Source: Gemmatimonadales bacterium
GTDB lineage: Bacteria > Gemmatimonadota > Gemmatimonadetes > Gemmatimonadales > GWC2-71-9
Length of the DNA stretch: 64,000 nucleotides
Assembly (NCBI GenBank): GCA_041577295.1
Contig: JBFGJG010000017.1
Coordinates: forward strand, 1 to 64,000
Direction of reading: 5' to 3'
Shown here: one piece after another, positions 45,431 through 54,422 of the stretch
Position numbering within the stretch: the first letter of the stretch is position 1
How the letters are laid out: each line of letters opens with the position of its first letter
Translations under genes and position numbers: made by a program
The notes under the pieces: generated by a model
The model's database searches: none
What the model saw: the letters and a program-made list of their open reading frames with translations, nothing else
Told to the model about the DNA's origin: nothing

Positions 45431-47389
45431 ATGCGACTTACCGCAATCGTCCTCCTGCTCCTGCTGGCAACGGGATGCTCCGAGGACGTCGTTCAGAACC
45501 CGCCGCTCAACGCCAATGTCGCGCAGTCACACGTCGATGCGCACCTCTGGCTCACGCTCCTGCACAACAACGACGGTGAATCCGACCTCATCGATCTTGG
45601 CAGCGGCTTGGAGGACTTTGGCGGGGTGGCGCGGTTTGCCACCGTCGTCAACAAGCTTCGCTGGCTCGCCACACATCCGCATCCGAGGAAAGTGGCAGCG
45701 TATGCCGGGGTGGCGAGTGAGACCGAGGGCATGGGCGTATCGTTCACCCTGCCCGACCTGCCGTCCCTGCACACCGACCTGGATGAGGGAATGTGGGAAA
45801 CCGCCGCCAGCGGTTATCACTCAGGTCACGGTATCCCCGGTGCTCGAGTCGCGATCGTAGTTTCGTCTGGAGACAATTTCCTCGCTGGTCCAGAATTCAA
45901 CGCGAGCCTGCAGAAAGGAATTCCCTTCTTCGACGCTATCGCGATGGACATCATCGGGTATGACGCGATCGACCTGGGGAATCACGAGTTCGACTTCGGT
46001 CCCGATGTGTTGGCCGACTTCATCGAGGGCTTTCGACGGCCTGTCAAATTCCTGAGCGCGAATCTCGACTTCTCAGCCGAGCCGCGGCTCCAGGGATTCG
46101 TCGAAGATGGCCGCATTGCGAAGAGCACGATCGTCGAGCGTAAGGGACATCGCATCGGCATCATCGGTGCGACGACGCCCAACCTGCGATTCATCTCGAG
46201 CCCGCGGAACGTCGTCGTGATGGAGGACGTTGCGGGCGCGGTGCAAGCCCAGGTGGACGCGCTCACCGCGAAGGGCGTGAACAAGATCGTGCTCATCAGT
46301 CACCTGCAGGACGTCGATGCCGATCTGGAGCTCGCCGGCATGCTCAGCGGCGTAGATGTGATGGTGGCAGGGGGTGGAGACGAGGTGCTGGCGAATGCGG
46401 GCGATCTGTTGATTCCGGGAGACGAGGCCGAACGCCCGTATCCCGTGATCGCAATCGGGGCTGACGGCGCGGAGATCCCCGTTGTAACCACCGCCGGCAG
46501 TTACGGATACGTTGGCCGTCTCGCCGTTGGTTTCGACAAGAAGGGCAACGTGGTTGCGATCGACGAGACGAGTGGTCCAGTGCGAGTGGCGGGCGGAGAC
46601 AACCCCGATGCGGTGCGGCCGGACCCGCGTATCGAGGAGAAGGTGACAGCTCCGGTCCGGACCGCAGTCGAAGCGCTCGCCTCGAACGTGCTCGCCACGT
46701 CCGAAGTGGCCTTGGACGGTGTTCGTGGCAACGTGCGATCGAGAGAGACCAACGAGGGGAACCTCATTGCCGACGCGCTGCGGTGGCAAGCGACCGAGCT
46801 GGCGTCGACCTTTGGCGTCCCGGCACCGGATGTGGCACTCCAGAACGGCGGCGGCATCCGCAATGACAACGTGATTCCTGCCGGCTCCATCACCGAGCTC
46901 AACACGTTCGAGATGGTTCCGTTTTCGAACTTCGTGTCCGTGATCCCTGACATCTCACGCGCGCAGTTCAAGGAGATTCTCGAGAATGCCGTGTCACGGA
47001 CGCAGCCCGGTGACGTGCCGGGCGGAAGCGGGCGCTTCGCGCAGATCTCCGGGTTCACGTTCGAGTGGGATCCCACGGGCACAGCGCAGTCGCTGAACGA
47101 CGACGGCACTGTCGCCACCGCCGGAACCCGTGTCCAGAACGTGGTGTTCGACGACGGGACTGCCATCGTGACCGACGGGTCCGTCGTGGATGGTCCGGCG
47201 GTCGTGATCGCTACGATCGACTTTTTGGCCCGTGGCGGTGACGAATACCCGTTCCGGGGTGCGGCCTTCACCACGGTCGGGGTGACCTATCAGCAGGCGC
47301 TGGCCAACTACCTCGTCGACGCGCTCGGTGGGGTCATCAGCGCGGCCGATTATCCCGAGGGTGGAGAGGGACGGATCGTCTCCCAGTAA
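45431..47389 (+). CDS. Bifunctional metallophosphoesterase / 5'-nucleotidase lipoprotein
   Basis: Lipobox ATGC, HNNDGES, GDNF, GNHEFDFG, ETNEGNLIADA, NGGGIR, GGDEY. Confidence 0.92.
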   Translation: MRLTAIVLLLLLATGCSEDVVQNPPLNANVAQSHVDAHLWLTLLHNNDGESDLIDLGSGLEDFGGVARFATVVNKLRWLATHPHPRKVAAYAGVASETEGMGVSFTLPDLPSLHTDLDEGMWETAASGYHSGHGIPGARVAIVVSSGDNFLAGPEFNASLQKGIPFFDAIAMDIIGYDAIDLGNHEFDFGPDVLADFIEGFRRPVKFLSANLDFSAEPRLQGFVEDGRIAKSTIVERKGHRIGIIGATTPNLRFISSPRNVVVMEDVAGAVQAQVDALTAKGVNKIVLISHLQDVDADLELAGMLSGVDVMVAGGGDEVLANAGDLLIPGDEAERPYPVIAIGADGAEIPVVTTAGSYGYVGRLAVGFDKKGNVVAIDETSGPVRVAGGDNPDAVRPDPRIEEKVTAPVRTAVEALASNVLATSEVALDGVRGNVRSRETNEGNLIADALRWQATELASTFGVPAPDVALQNGGGIRNDNVIPAGSITELNTFEMVPFSNFVSVIPDISRAQFKEILENAVSRTQPGDVPGGSGRFAQISGFTFEWDPTGTAQSLNDDGTVATAGTRVQNVVFDDGTAIVTDGSVVDGPAVVIATIDFLARGGDEYPFRGAAFTTVGVTYQQALANYLVDALGGVISAADYPEGGEGRIVSQ

Positions 47390-47414
47390 CCATACGCGGC
47401 CGCTCCAGGATGCG

Positions 47415-47450
47415 AACCGGGGGCTCGATTGAGCCCCCGGTTTCCTTTTT
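47415..47450 (+). terminator. Rho-independent terminator
   Basis: AACCGGGGGCTC-gatt-GAGCCCCCGGTT followed by TCCTTTTT, between convergent genes. Confidence 0.85.
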
Positions 47451-47489
47451 GCCTGTTGGGCACGACGCCACCGTGTGCGCCGCTGAGGA

Positions 47490-50400
47490 CTAGAAGAAGT
47501 ATCGGAACGCCAGCTGCATCTGGAACTGCAGCACCAAGTTGGCTCCGAGAAGGTCTTCTTGCCCGAAACTGCTGTTCACCCGGTACAGAATCTGCCCGGT
47601 CCCCGGATCGAAACTTCGAGGGTCGAGCAATTCCCGGTTCGAGCCAAACACGCCGGTCACACGTCCAAGCCCACAGACGCCGCTGGTCGGGTCGAAGTCT
47701 TCGGCGCTCTCGTTGCAGAAGAGCCGTCCAATGCCGTTCAAAACATTGAAGAAGTCGAGTTGAACTTCCGCGCGCTGGCGTCCCACCGTCCTGAACCCCT
47801 TGGTAAACCGAATATCCAATTGGTGGGTCCACGGAAACGTGCAGGTGTTTCGCTCGATGATTCCACCAACGAAATCGCCGACACAGGAGTTCTCGTTCAG
47901 AAGCGAGGCGTAGAGCGCTCGCTCTTCGTCCGCTGCCGCCCCAGTGGATGCCAACGGCAAGTTTTCGGGACGGAAGACGAACACCCGGTCGTTGCCCGTA
48001 ATCCCATCGCCGTTCAGATCGTCGTCCCCAACCACGGTCCATGGGCGACCGCTCTGGCTCTTCCAAAAGGCCGAGAGCTTGATGTCAAACGGTAGTCGCA
48101 TGAATCCCGAAACGACGATGGTGTGATCGCGAGAGAAATCGCTCTTACCCCAAGCACGGCCCCTCGCGCCAAATCCACCGATTTCGTTGGGACCAAACCG
48201 ACCTGTCGTCGGATCTGCATAGCCGCCCGATGCCGTGCAGCACGAGTACGGAGAGTTGTCGTACGCCCTCGTGAAGGTGTACGAGCCCCTGACGGAGATG
48301 TTGTCGCTGAAGTTGTGTACTCCCTCGATGGTCGTAATGAAGGAACGTGCTCGGCCGTCCTTGAAGTTCACGAGGACGTCGCCGAACTCCAGGTTGCGGC
48401 GGCTGCCGGTGCTGTTGGCCCCAGTTGGATCGAAAGCCGCTGCGGGTGTGAACACTCGACGTCCCCCCTCTCCCGCGAGCGTGAGCTGCACGTCTCGCAG
48501 GTTGAGGTTTCGGACCGTGTAGAGGTTGGTGGTCTGCGAGAAGAGCAAGTCGATCGAGACCTGTGAGGCGTTCCCGATCAACGTCTCGAAGCCAACGTTT
48601 GCCTTGAAACTCTCGGGGAACTCGAAGTTGTCCGCCCAGAGCGTGTAGGTCGGAACGCCGCCGGCACCAACGTCGGCACACGACGTGGGATTGTCGAACC
48701 CGTTGATCCGCCACCCACCATATCCTGCGGGCGATGGCGGCGCGTCGGGATCGCCGTCCACAATTGAGCCATCGCAGATGACCTCGAGCACTGGGCGCTC
48801 TGTTTGCAGCACATTTCCGCCCACTACGTACGGCACGCGGCTGTAGAAGTAGCCTGCACCCGCTCGGACCACTGACCTCCCATCGCCGTTCAAGTCATAC
48901 GCCAACGCGAGCCGACCGGATACGTTGTCCCCATCGGTCGGGGCGAAGCCAGTCTCGAAACCAAATGCCCGCTCGACATCCACCACTGGGGTGGGACTGT
49001 TCCGGAACGACTGCTGGTCGTAGCGCAGGCCAATGGTGGCCGTCAACTTGGGCGTTACTTGCCACGTGTCTTGCAGGTACGCCGACCACTCGACCACGTC
49101 AAAGTCCGAAGTGGGTATCCCACCGCCTTCCTGAATGGGCCGGAAGTAGGACGATGGACGTAAGGCCTCGAAATCGTTCAGGTTGGCAAAAACGAACTCA
49201 CCAGCGCCCTGGAACCGGGAGCCAAAGTTCATGAAGCGATTGAAGATGTTCGTGAACAGCAGGTTTCCGCCGACCTTAATGGTGTGATCGCCGAAAATTC
49301 GGGTGAAGTTGTCGATGATCTGGATTTTTCGCTCGTCGAGCCGGTTGTTGAACGATGCGAAGCTACCGCCGTATCGGATTTGCTGGCCGCTCGAAAGATT
49401 CACCGTAATCGTCGGGCGGAGGTCCTTCCCCTGACGGGGCCGCGTCTCGTCGGAGAACTGGAAGCGGAACACGTTGAACGTCTTCGGGTTGAGCACCGAC
49501 TGCAGCTCCGCCACAAACGAGTGTGACCGATCCTCGAGTAACTCGGCCCGTGACAGCCCGTACGCGAAATCGAAAACGCCGTTCCACTCGTTGTCGTTGT
49601 CAAAATTTGAGAAATTGTGGCGGAACGATAGCCGGTGCTTGTCGCTCAGGGTCCAGTCGATACGACCAAAGAGCGTGATGGCGTCGTTCGACGTCTGGAA
49701 GGTTCGGTAACCACTCTCGACGTCCTGGACACCGTACTGGCTCTCCATAATGGAGTAGAAGCGTCCAATATCGTCGAAGACCGCGGGATCCTCCTGCGAC
49801 CCGCCAGGAGCAAACCGAGAACGCGTGAGAGGTAGCTGGGGCTCACGCCGCCTCTGGCCATCCACCGAGACGAGAAAGAACGCCTTGTCCCGCACGATGG
49901 GGCCACTGAACCGTCCGGAGAACTGCAGCACTTCGTAATCGGTGGTGATCTCCGGGTTGGTCGCGGCGTCGATAAACGGGTTGGCCGTCAGCGCGTCGTT
50001 GCGGAAGTTCCCGTAAACGGTGCCCTCGAACTCGTTGGTCCCTCCCCGAGTAACGACGTTGACGATGCCACCCGAGAAGTTGCCGTATTCCACGTCGAAG
50101 CCGTTGGTGATGATCTGGAACTCTTGCAACGACTCAAGCGAGAAGACGAAGGGGATGCGCGAACCGCCTCGGTTTTCCCCGAAGAACGAGTTGTTGGCAT
50201 CGACCCCGTCGATCTGAACACTGGTCTGGGAAGCCCGCTGGCCACCAATGGCGAACTGGCCGCCTGTGGTTTCCCCTGGATCGGGGGCGACCAATCCCGA
50301 CAGGTTGATAAAGTCGACGAAGTCCCGCCCGAGAGACGGGAGCTCCTCGATTTCTTGCCGACCCACATACTGCGTCACGCCGCCATCGGCGATGTCGATC

Positions 50401-50795
50401 GGTGGCCGCTCACCGGTAACCTGGATGGCCTCGAGCTGAACAGCCACCTGCCGTAGGGACATGTTCACCGGCGTTGCTGTGCCGATCACGACGCTCACTC
50501 CCGTCGTGGTTGCACTCTCGAAGCCCAGCATCCGAGTCATGACCGTGTAGGTCCCCGGAGGAAGGAGCCGAATGACAAAAAGGCCATCACCCGTTGTTTC
50601 GGCCGACCGTTCGAGACCGGTGCCGACGTTACGAGCGGTCACCAAGACACCGGCAACCGCTTGCCCCGCTTCGCTCTGGATCCGACCGCGGATTTGGCCT
50701 GTCGTCGACACTTGTGCCACGAGGGATGGTGTCACGAAGGTCGCAAGGAGCAGAGTGACCCCAAAAGCGACCAGGCAATGACAAAGCTTGCTCAT
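47490..50795 (-). CDS. TonB-dependent receptor with N-terminal carboxypeptidase-regulatory-like domain (Oar type)
   Basis: LP.LGRDF, IDG.D.N, FDVEYG.FSGG.VN.VT..GTN, GLRYD, C-terminal FRYFF. Start moved to ATG 50795. Confidence 0.9.
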   Translation of the reverse strand: MSKLCHCLVAFGVTLLLATFVTPSLVAQVSTTGQIRGRIQSEAGQAVAGVLVTARNVGTGLERSAETTGDGLFVIRLLPPGTYTVMTRMLGFESATTTGVSVVIGTATPVNMSLRQVAVQLEAIQVTGERPPIDIADGGVTQYVGRQEIEELPSLGRDFVDFINLSGLVAPDPGETTGGQFAIGGQRASQTSVQIDGVDANNSFFGENRGGSRIPFVFSLESLQEFQIITNGFDVEYGNFSGGIVNVVTRGGTNEFEGTVYGNFRNDALTANPFIDAATNPEITTDYEVLQFSGRFSGPIVRDKAFFLVSVDGQRRREPQLPLTRSRFAPGGSQEDPAVFDDIGRFYSIMESQYGVQDVESGYRTFQTSNDAITLFGRIDWTLSDKHRLSFRHNFSNFDNDNEWNGVFDFAYGLSRAELLEDRSHSFVAELQSVLNPKTFNVFRFQFSDETRPRQGKDLRPTITVNLSSGQQIRYGGSFASFNNRLDERKIQIIDNFTRIFGDHTIKVGGNLLFTNIFNRFMNFGSRFQGAGEFVFANLNDFEALRPSSYFRPIQEGGGIPTSDFDVVEWSAYLQDTWQVTPKLTATIGLRYDQQSFRNSPTPVVDVERAFGFETGFAPTDGDNVSGRLALAYDLNGDGRSVVRAGAGYFYSRVPYVVGGNVLQTERPVLEVICDGSIVDGDPDAPPSPAGYGGWRINGFDNPTSCADVGAGGVPTYTLWADNFEFPESFKANVGFETLIGNASQVSIDLLFSQTTNLYTVRNLNLRDVQLTLAGEGGRRVFTPAAAFDPTGANSTGSRRNLEFGDVLVNFKDGRARSFITTIEGVHNFSDNISVRGSYTFTRAYDNSPYSCCTASGGYADPTTGRFGPNEIGGFGARGRAWGKSDFSRDHTIVVSGFMRLPFDIKLSAFWKSQSGRPWTVVGDDDLNGDGITGNDRVFVFRPENLPLASTGAAADEERALYASLLNENSCVGDFVGGIIERNTCTFPWTHQLDIRFTKGFRTVGRQRAEVQLDFFNVLNGIGRLFCNESAEDFDPTSGVCGLGRVTGVFGSNRELLDPRSFDPGTGQILYRVNSSFGQEDLLGANLVLQFQMQLAFRYFF

Positions 50796-50866
50796 AATCG
50801 ACCTGCTTCGGTTTCCCGTTTCAGTCCGCGACTCGAGATTCGCGAGGTTTCGTAGCTTGGAGCGCG

Positions 50867-51937
50867 TCAGTTGCACGGCACCTCCTCCACGTCCGCCAAG
50901 GAGCGAGGGAAAATCTGGCCCGCACCGTTGAAGTTGGCACCGAAGCCATTCATGTTGTAGCAGTTGCCCACTGTGAAGAGGGTGTTGAGCTGGTTGCGGT
51001 CGGCGACGCCATCGTCTACTCGAACGATCGCCCCCCCACTGCCGTCATCGATCGGCGCATTCTGTGAGTTCCCGAGGGATCCAAACGCACCTGTGAGCTG
51101 AGCCCGCTCAACCCGAACGAAGGCACCTTGAACGGGATCGGTGAAGCTCGCTCCGGAAGCCGCGAGTGCTCCTGTGGTGACGACGAGGGGTTGGGGATCG
51201 TCGAAGTCGGGGACCAACTCGCGAAGGATGGCGCTCGTGAGCTCGAAATCGTTGCTGAAGGCACCGGAAGTGGCGCCGACCTCGATCTGGTCACCCACCG
51301 CTATGCCGAGCCCGTCCAGGCTCGAAGAGATGATCCTTGTACCGGCGGTGGCATCCTGTATGTAGCTCCAGTCATTTTCGATCTGGTTGGGCGATGACGT
51401 GACGACGCCTCGTACGACCACGAACGCGCCGAGGGCGAGATCCTTGGCCTCGGCGATTGTGATGAGGCATCCGGGGCGCCCTTGCACATTGGTGAATCGC
51501 GTTTCGTTCATAAAGACCGAGACGCGCAACGGGTTTTGGCAGATGTTGACGTCTGCAGGAACGGTGAGCGTGTCAACGAACATGTCATGGGTACCGAGTG
51601 GCACGCTTTGCACGAGGAACCGACCGTTGGCGTCCGACTGCGTCGCTCCATTTGGGAATGTCTCTGCCGTTCCGCGATTCCGTATGGCGATGCCGACACC
51701 GCTAATCACGAAGTCACCATCGGAAGGATCGAAGACCCCGTCCTCGCTCTCGTCGAAGAACACCAAACCTTCGATGGAGCCGGTTCCCGTGATAGCGAGT
51801 GGCGGCGCCGGGTTACCGCAGGCAACAAGTGCGGCGGCGGCAACAAGCGCGATCCGGGCGATGCCGGGACGCCGCGGTAAATGGTCGTTTCGCACCACAG
51901 CTCGTTCCTCTCCGTGACTGTTGGTCATGGCGCTCAT
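50867..51937 (-). CDS. Lipoprotein with a SdrD-B-like domain and an OB-fold pair
   Basis: Lipobox LVAC, GLVFFDESEDGVFD, TIAEAK..VRGVVT, YIQDATAG, QIFPRS..D. Confidence 0.75.
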   Translation of the reverse strand: MSAMTNSHGEERAVVRNDHLPRRPGIARIALVAAAALVACGNPAPPLAITGTGSIEGLVFFDESEDGVFDPSDGDFVISGVGIAIRNRGTAETFPNGATQSDANGRFLVQSVPLGTHDMFVDTLTVPADVNICQNPLRVSVFMNETRFTNVQGRPGCLITIAEAKDLALGAFVVVRGVVTSSPNQIENDWSYIQDATAGTRIISSSLDGLGIAVGDQIEVGATSGAFSNDFELTSAILRELVPDFDDPQPLVVTTGALAASGASFTDPVQGAFVRVERAQLTGAFGSLGNSQNAPIDDGSGGAIVRVDDGVADRNQLNTLFTVGNCYNMNGFGANFNGAGQIFPRSLADVEEVPCN

Positions 51938-54327
51938 GGAATCTCCAACCTGTCGGCAGCATCCCGCAGCTCGATGCGCGGCTGCGGAGTGTTACGGTCA
52001 TCAGTACCGAGAACTCCCACCACGCGTACCGTCACGCCGGTGGTCCAGTCCGTTGACGCCACCCCGTTGCGGCTATCCACGAAGACGGTGAAGGTCTCGG
52101 CGGCGTCATCGGTCATGAAGACCATGTGATTGTCGAAAGTGAAGACCTGCAGACTGTCGACCGTCCCGGTGATCTTCACGAGTTGGCCCTGGAACTGGCT
52201 CCCGTTGATCTCCGCCGCCGTCACCGTACGCGGGTCGGGAACGGCTTCCTGACCGAGTATCGAGACAGTGATCACCGGTGATGCCTGTGTCTCGCCGCGG
52301 AAGACGCTCACCTCACCGCGCACGCGAATCCGGTCACCGCGTTGCAACGTGGGCTGGACGTCCGAATCGAAGGTGGAGATCCCGCCCGTCGCATCTTGGA
52401 AGAAATAGACCCTGCTGTCCCACTGTTGCTGCCAGGTGACCACGCCCTCGATGAAGACGGTGTCGCCCACCAGGCCTCGAGCCGTAGCAATGCTAATGGC
52501 CGCGTCACCGGTGAGGACCATGTCGGCGGCGTCCCGTATCTCGACACGGTACTGCAAAGTGTTTCGGTCGTCCGATCCGAGCACGCCGGTGACTTGGACC
52601 ATCTGCCCAACGGTCCAGGCGGCGGAGCCCACGCCGTTTCGGCTGTCGCCGTAGACCGTGAAGGTCGTGGCCGCCCCGTCCGTGAGGAATACGGTCTGGT
52701 TATCGAAGCCATCGACCTGGAGGCTGTCCACGGTACCCGCTATCGCGACGAGCTCACCCTGGAACTGACCGGCGTTGATCTCGGCAGCGGTCACCGCGCG
52801 CGCCGTCGGCACGACATCTTGACCGATTCTTTGCGCATTCACAACGGGCGATAGCTGCGTCTCACCGCGGAACACGCTCACCTCGCCACGCATCCGCACC
52901 CGGTCACCACGCCTGAGCGTCGGCTGAATATCCGAATCGAAAACCGAGATGCCACCGGTCGCGTCTTGGAAGAAGTAGACACGGCTATCCCACTGCTGCT
53001 GCCAGGTCACGACCCCTTCCACGATTACGGTGTCACCCGTCATCCCACGGGCAGCACCGATGGTTATGGGCATCGTCACGTCGTCGATACTGCGTGTCTC
53101 GAGCCGCGCTGCGGGAGTATTGCGATCGTCGGTGCCAAGGACGCCCACGATGTCCACCGTCTGGCTTACGGTCCAATCCGTCGACGCCATGCCGTTACGG
53201 GCGTCCCCGAACACGTTGAAGGTCACGCCCTCCTCATCGGTCAGGAACACCGTCTGGTTGTCGAAGCCATCGACGTTGAGACTATCCACCGTGCCCGTGA
53301 TCGTGACCAATTCCCCTTGGAACAGGCCAGCATTGATGTAGGTCGCGTTGACGGGTCGAATGGCGGGCTCGCCCACGTTGCCGAGCACTTGGGGCGCGGA
53401 CGACGGTGAGATCTGCACCTCGCTACGGAAGGAGCCACGGGCTCCTACGACGCGAACGCTGTCGCCGATCTGCAAGGCCGGGTCCGAGCCATCGAACGCG
53501 GAGATACCGCCCGTCGCATCCTGCAGGAAGTAGATGCTCGCGTCCCATTGCGCCTGCCAAGTGATCACCCCCTCGATGGCGATGACGGTGCCTTCTGCGC
53601 TCGCACGCGCCTCGGCAATCGTGATGATCAGGTTGCCCGTGAACTCAACCGGCAGACTCGTTGGGACGTCTGCCTGCACGGTCACCGCGATCGTGGTCCC
53701 GCCCACGACCTGCATGGTTCCCAGCGGAGTGACCTCGAGTGTGTAGGAACCGGGGCGCAGCCCGGCAAATGAGAACGTGCCGTCAGCGGCGGTTATCGTT
53801 GTGGCGACCGTGTCACCGCCCGGAGGCGCTCCGGCGAGCAGGGTCAGCTCGACGCCCTCCGCGATACCGTCGTCACCGGGATCGTAGGAGCCGTTCGCGT
53901 TATCGTCGCGGAAGATGACACCCGAGAGCACACCGGGGAGGTTCGAGTAACGGAACTCCGCCGCGATTGTCCCGCCCTGGAACGACGCCACCACGGTCGG
54001 GTTGGTTGCCGTCGCCAGCACCGCACCACCGGGGACGGTCGCCGTCAGGGACAGCGTGTAGCTCCCTGGAGACAGTTGTAAAGTTGCCAGACCGTCGGCG
54101 TCGGTCATTGCCGTCACGTCACCATCGTCACCCGATGCCGTGACGGTAGCTCCCTGGATCGCCACGTCCTCCCCGGATTCGTACTTGCCGCTGCCGTCGG
54201 CGTCGACGTAGACGCGGACATTCAACGATGAGCTTTGCCCTTCACCGAGGGTGATCTGATCCGTGCTGCACGCAGCGGCGGCGCCGAGCATGGCCGTCGT
54301 GATCAGCAGTCGCGGAACTCGAGTCAT
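51934..54327 (-). CDS. Lipoprotein with two SdrD-B-like domains and three tandem double-OB-fold repeats
   Basis: Lipobox AAAC, VYVDADGSG, IFRDDNANG, three copies of EGVVTWQ..W...YF.QDATGGI. Start moved to ATG 54327. Confidence 0.78.
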   Translation of the reverse strand: MTRVPRLLITTAMLGAAAACSTDQITLGEGQSSSLNVRVYVDADGSGKYESGEDVAIQGATVTASGDDGDVTAMTDADGLATLQLSPGSYTLSLTATVPGGAVLATATNPTVVASFQGGTIAAEFRYSNLPGVLSGVIFRDDNANGSYDPGDDGIAEGVELTLLAGAPPGGDTVATTITAADGTFSFAGLRPGSYTLEVTPLGTMQVVGGTTIAVTVQADVPTSLPVEFTGNLIITIAEARASAEGTVIAIEGVITWQAQWDASIYFLQDATGGISAFDGSDPALQIGDSVRVVGARGSFRSEVQISPSSAPQVLGNVGEPAIRPVNATYINAGLFQGELVTITGTVDSLNVDGFDNQTVFLTDEEGVTFNVFGDARNGMASTDWTVSQTVDIVGVLGTDDRNTPAARLETRSIDDVTMPITIGAARGMTGDTVIVEGVVTWQQQWDSRVYFFQDATGGISVFDSDIQPTLRRGDRVRMRGEVSVFRGETQLSPVVNAQRIGQDVVPTARAVTAAEINAGQFQGELVAIAGTVDSLQVDGFDNQTVFLTDGAATTFTVYGDSRNGVGSAAWTVGQMVQVTGVLGSDDRNTLQYRVEIRDAADMVLTGDAAISIATARGLVGDTVFIEGVVTWQQQWDSRVYFFQDATGGISTFDSDVQPTLQRGDRIRVRGEVSVFRGETQASPVITVSILGQEAVPDPRTVTAAEINGSQFQGQLVKITGTVDSLQVFTFDNHMVFMTDDAAETFTVFVDSRNGVASTDWTTGVTVRVVGVLGTDDRNTPQPRIELRDAADRLEIP
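51937..53631 (-). repeat. Three intragenic ~560-nt repeats (53074-53631, 52501-53073, 51937-52500)
   Basis: Repeated QDATGGIS, GTVDSL.V..FDN, RNG, GVLG.DDRNT blocks. Confidence 0.9.
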
Positions 54328-54422
54328 GCAGCACTCCTGGCATGCAGTTTCGTGAATGAGAACGGGCAGGAGGGTCACAACCCATCTCTACTGCCCGGGA
54401 TCTTCGCATACATTGCATAGAG

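Noticed and set aside
51937..53631. DGR template/variable repeats or a CRISPR array
   Set aside because: In-frame domain repeats, with no reverse transcriptase, no cas genes and no evident adenine-specific variation.
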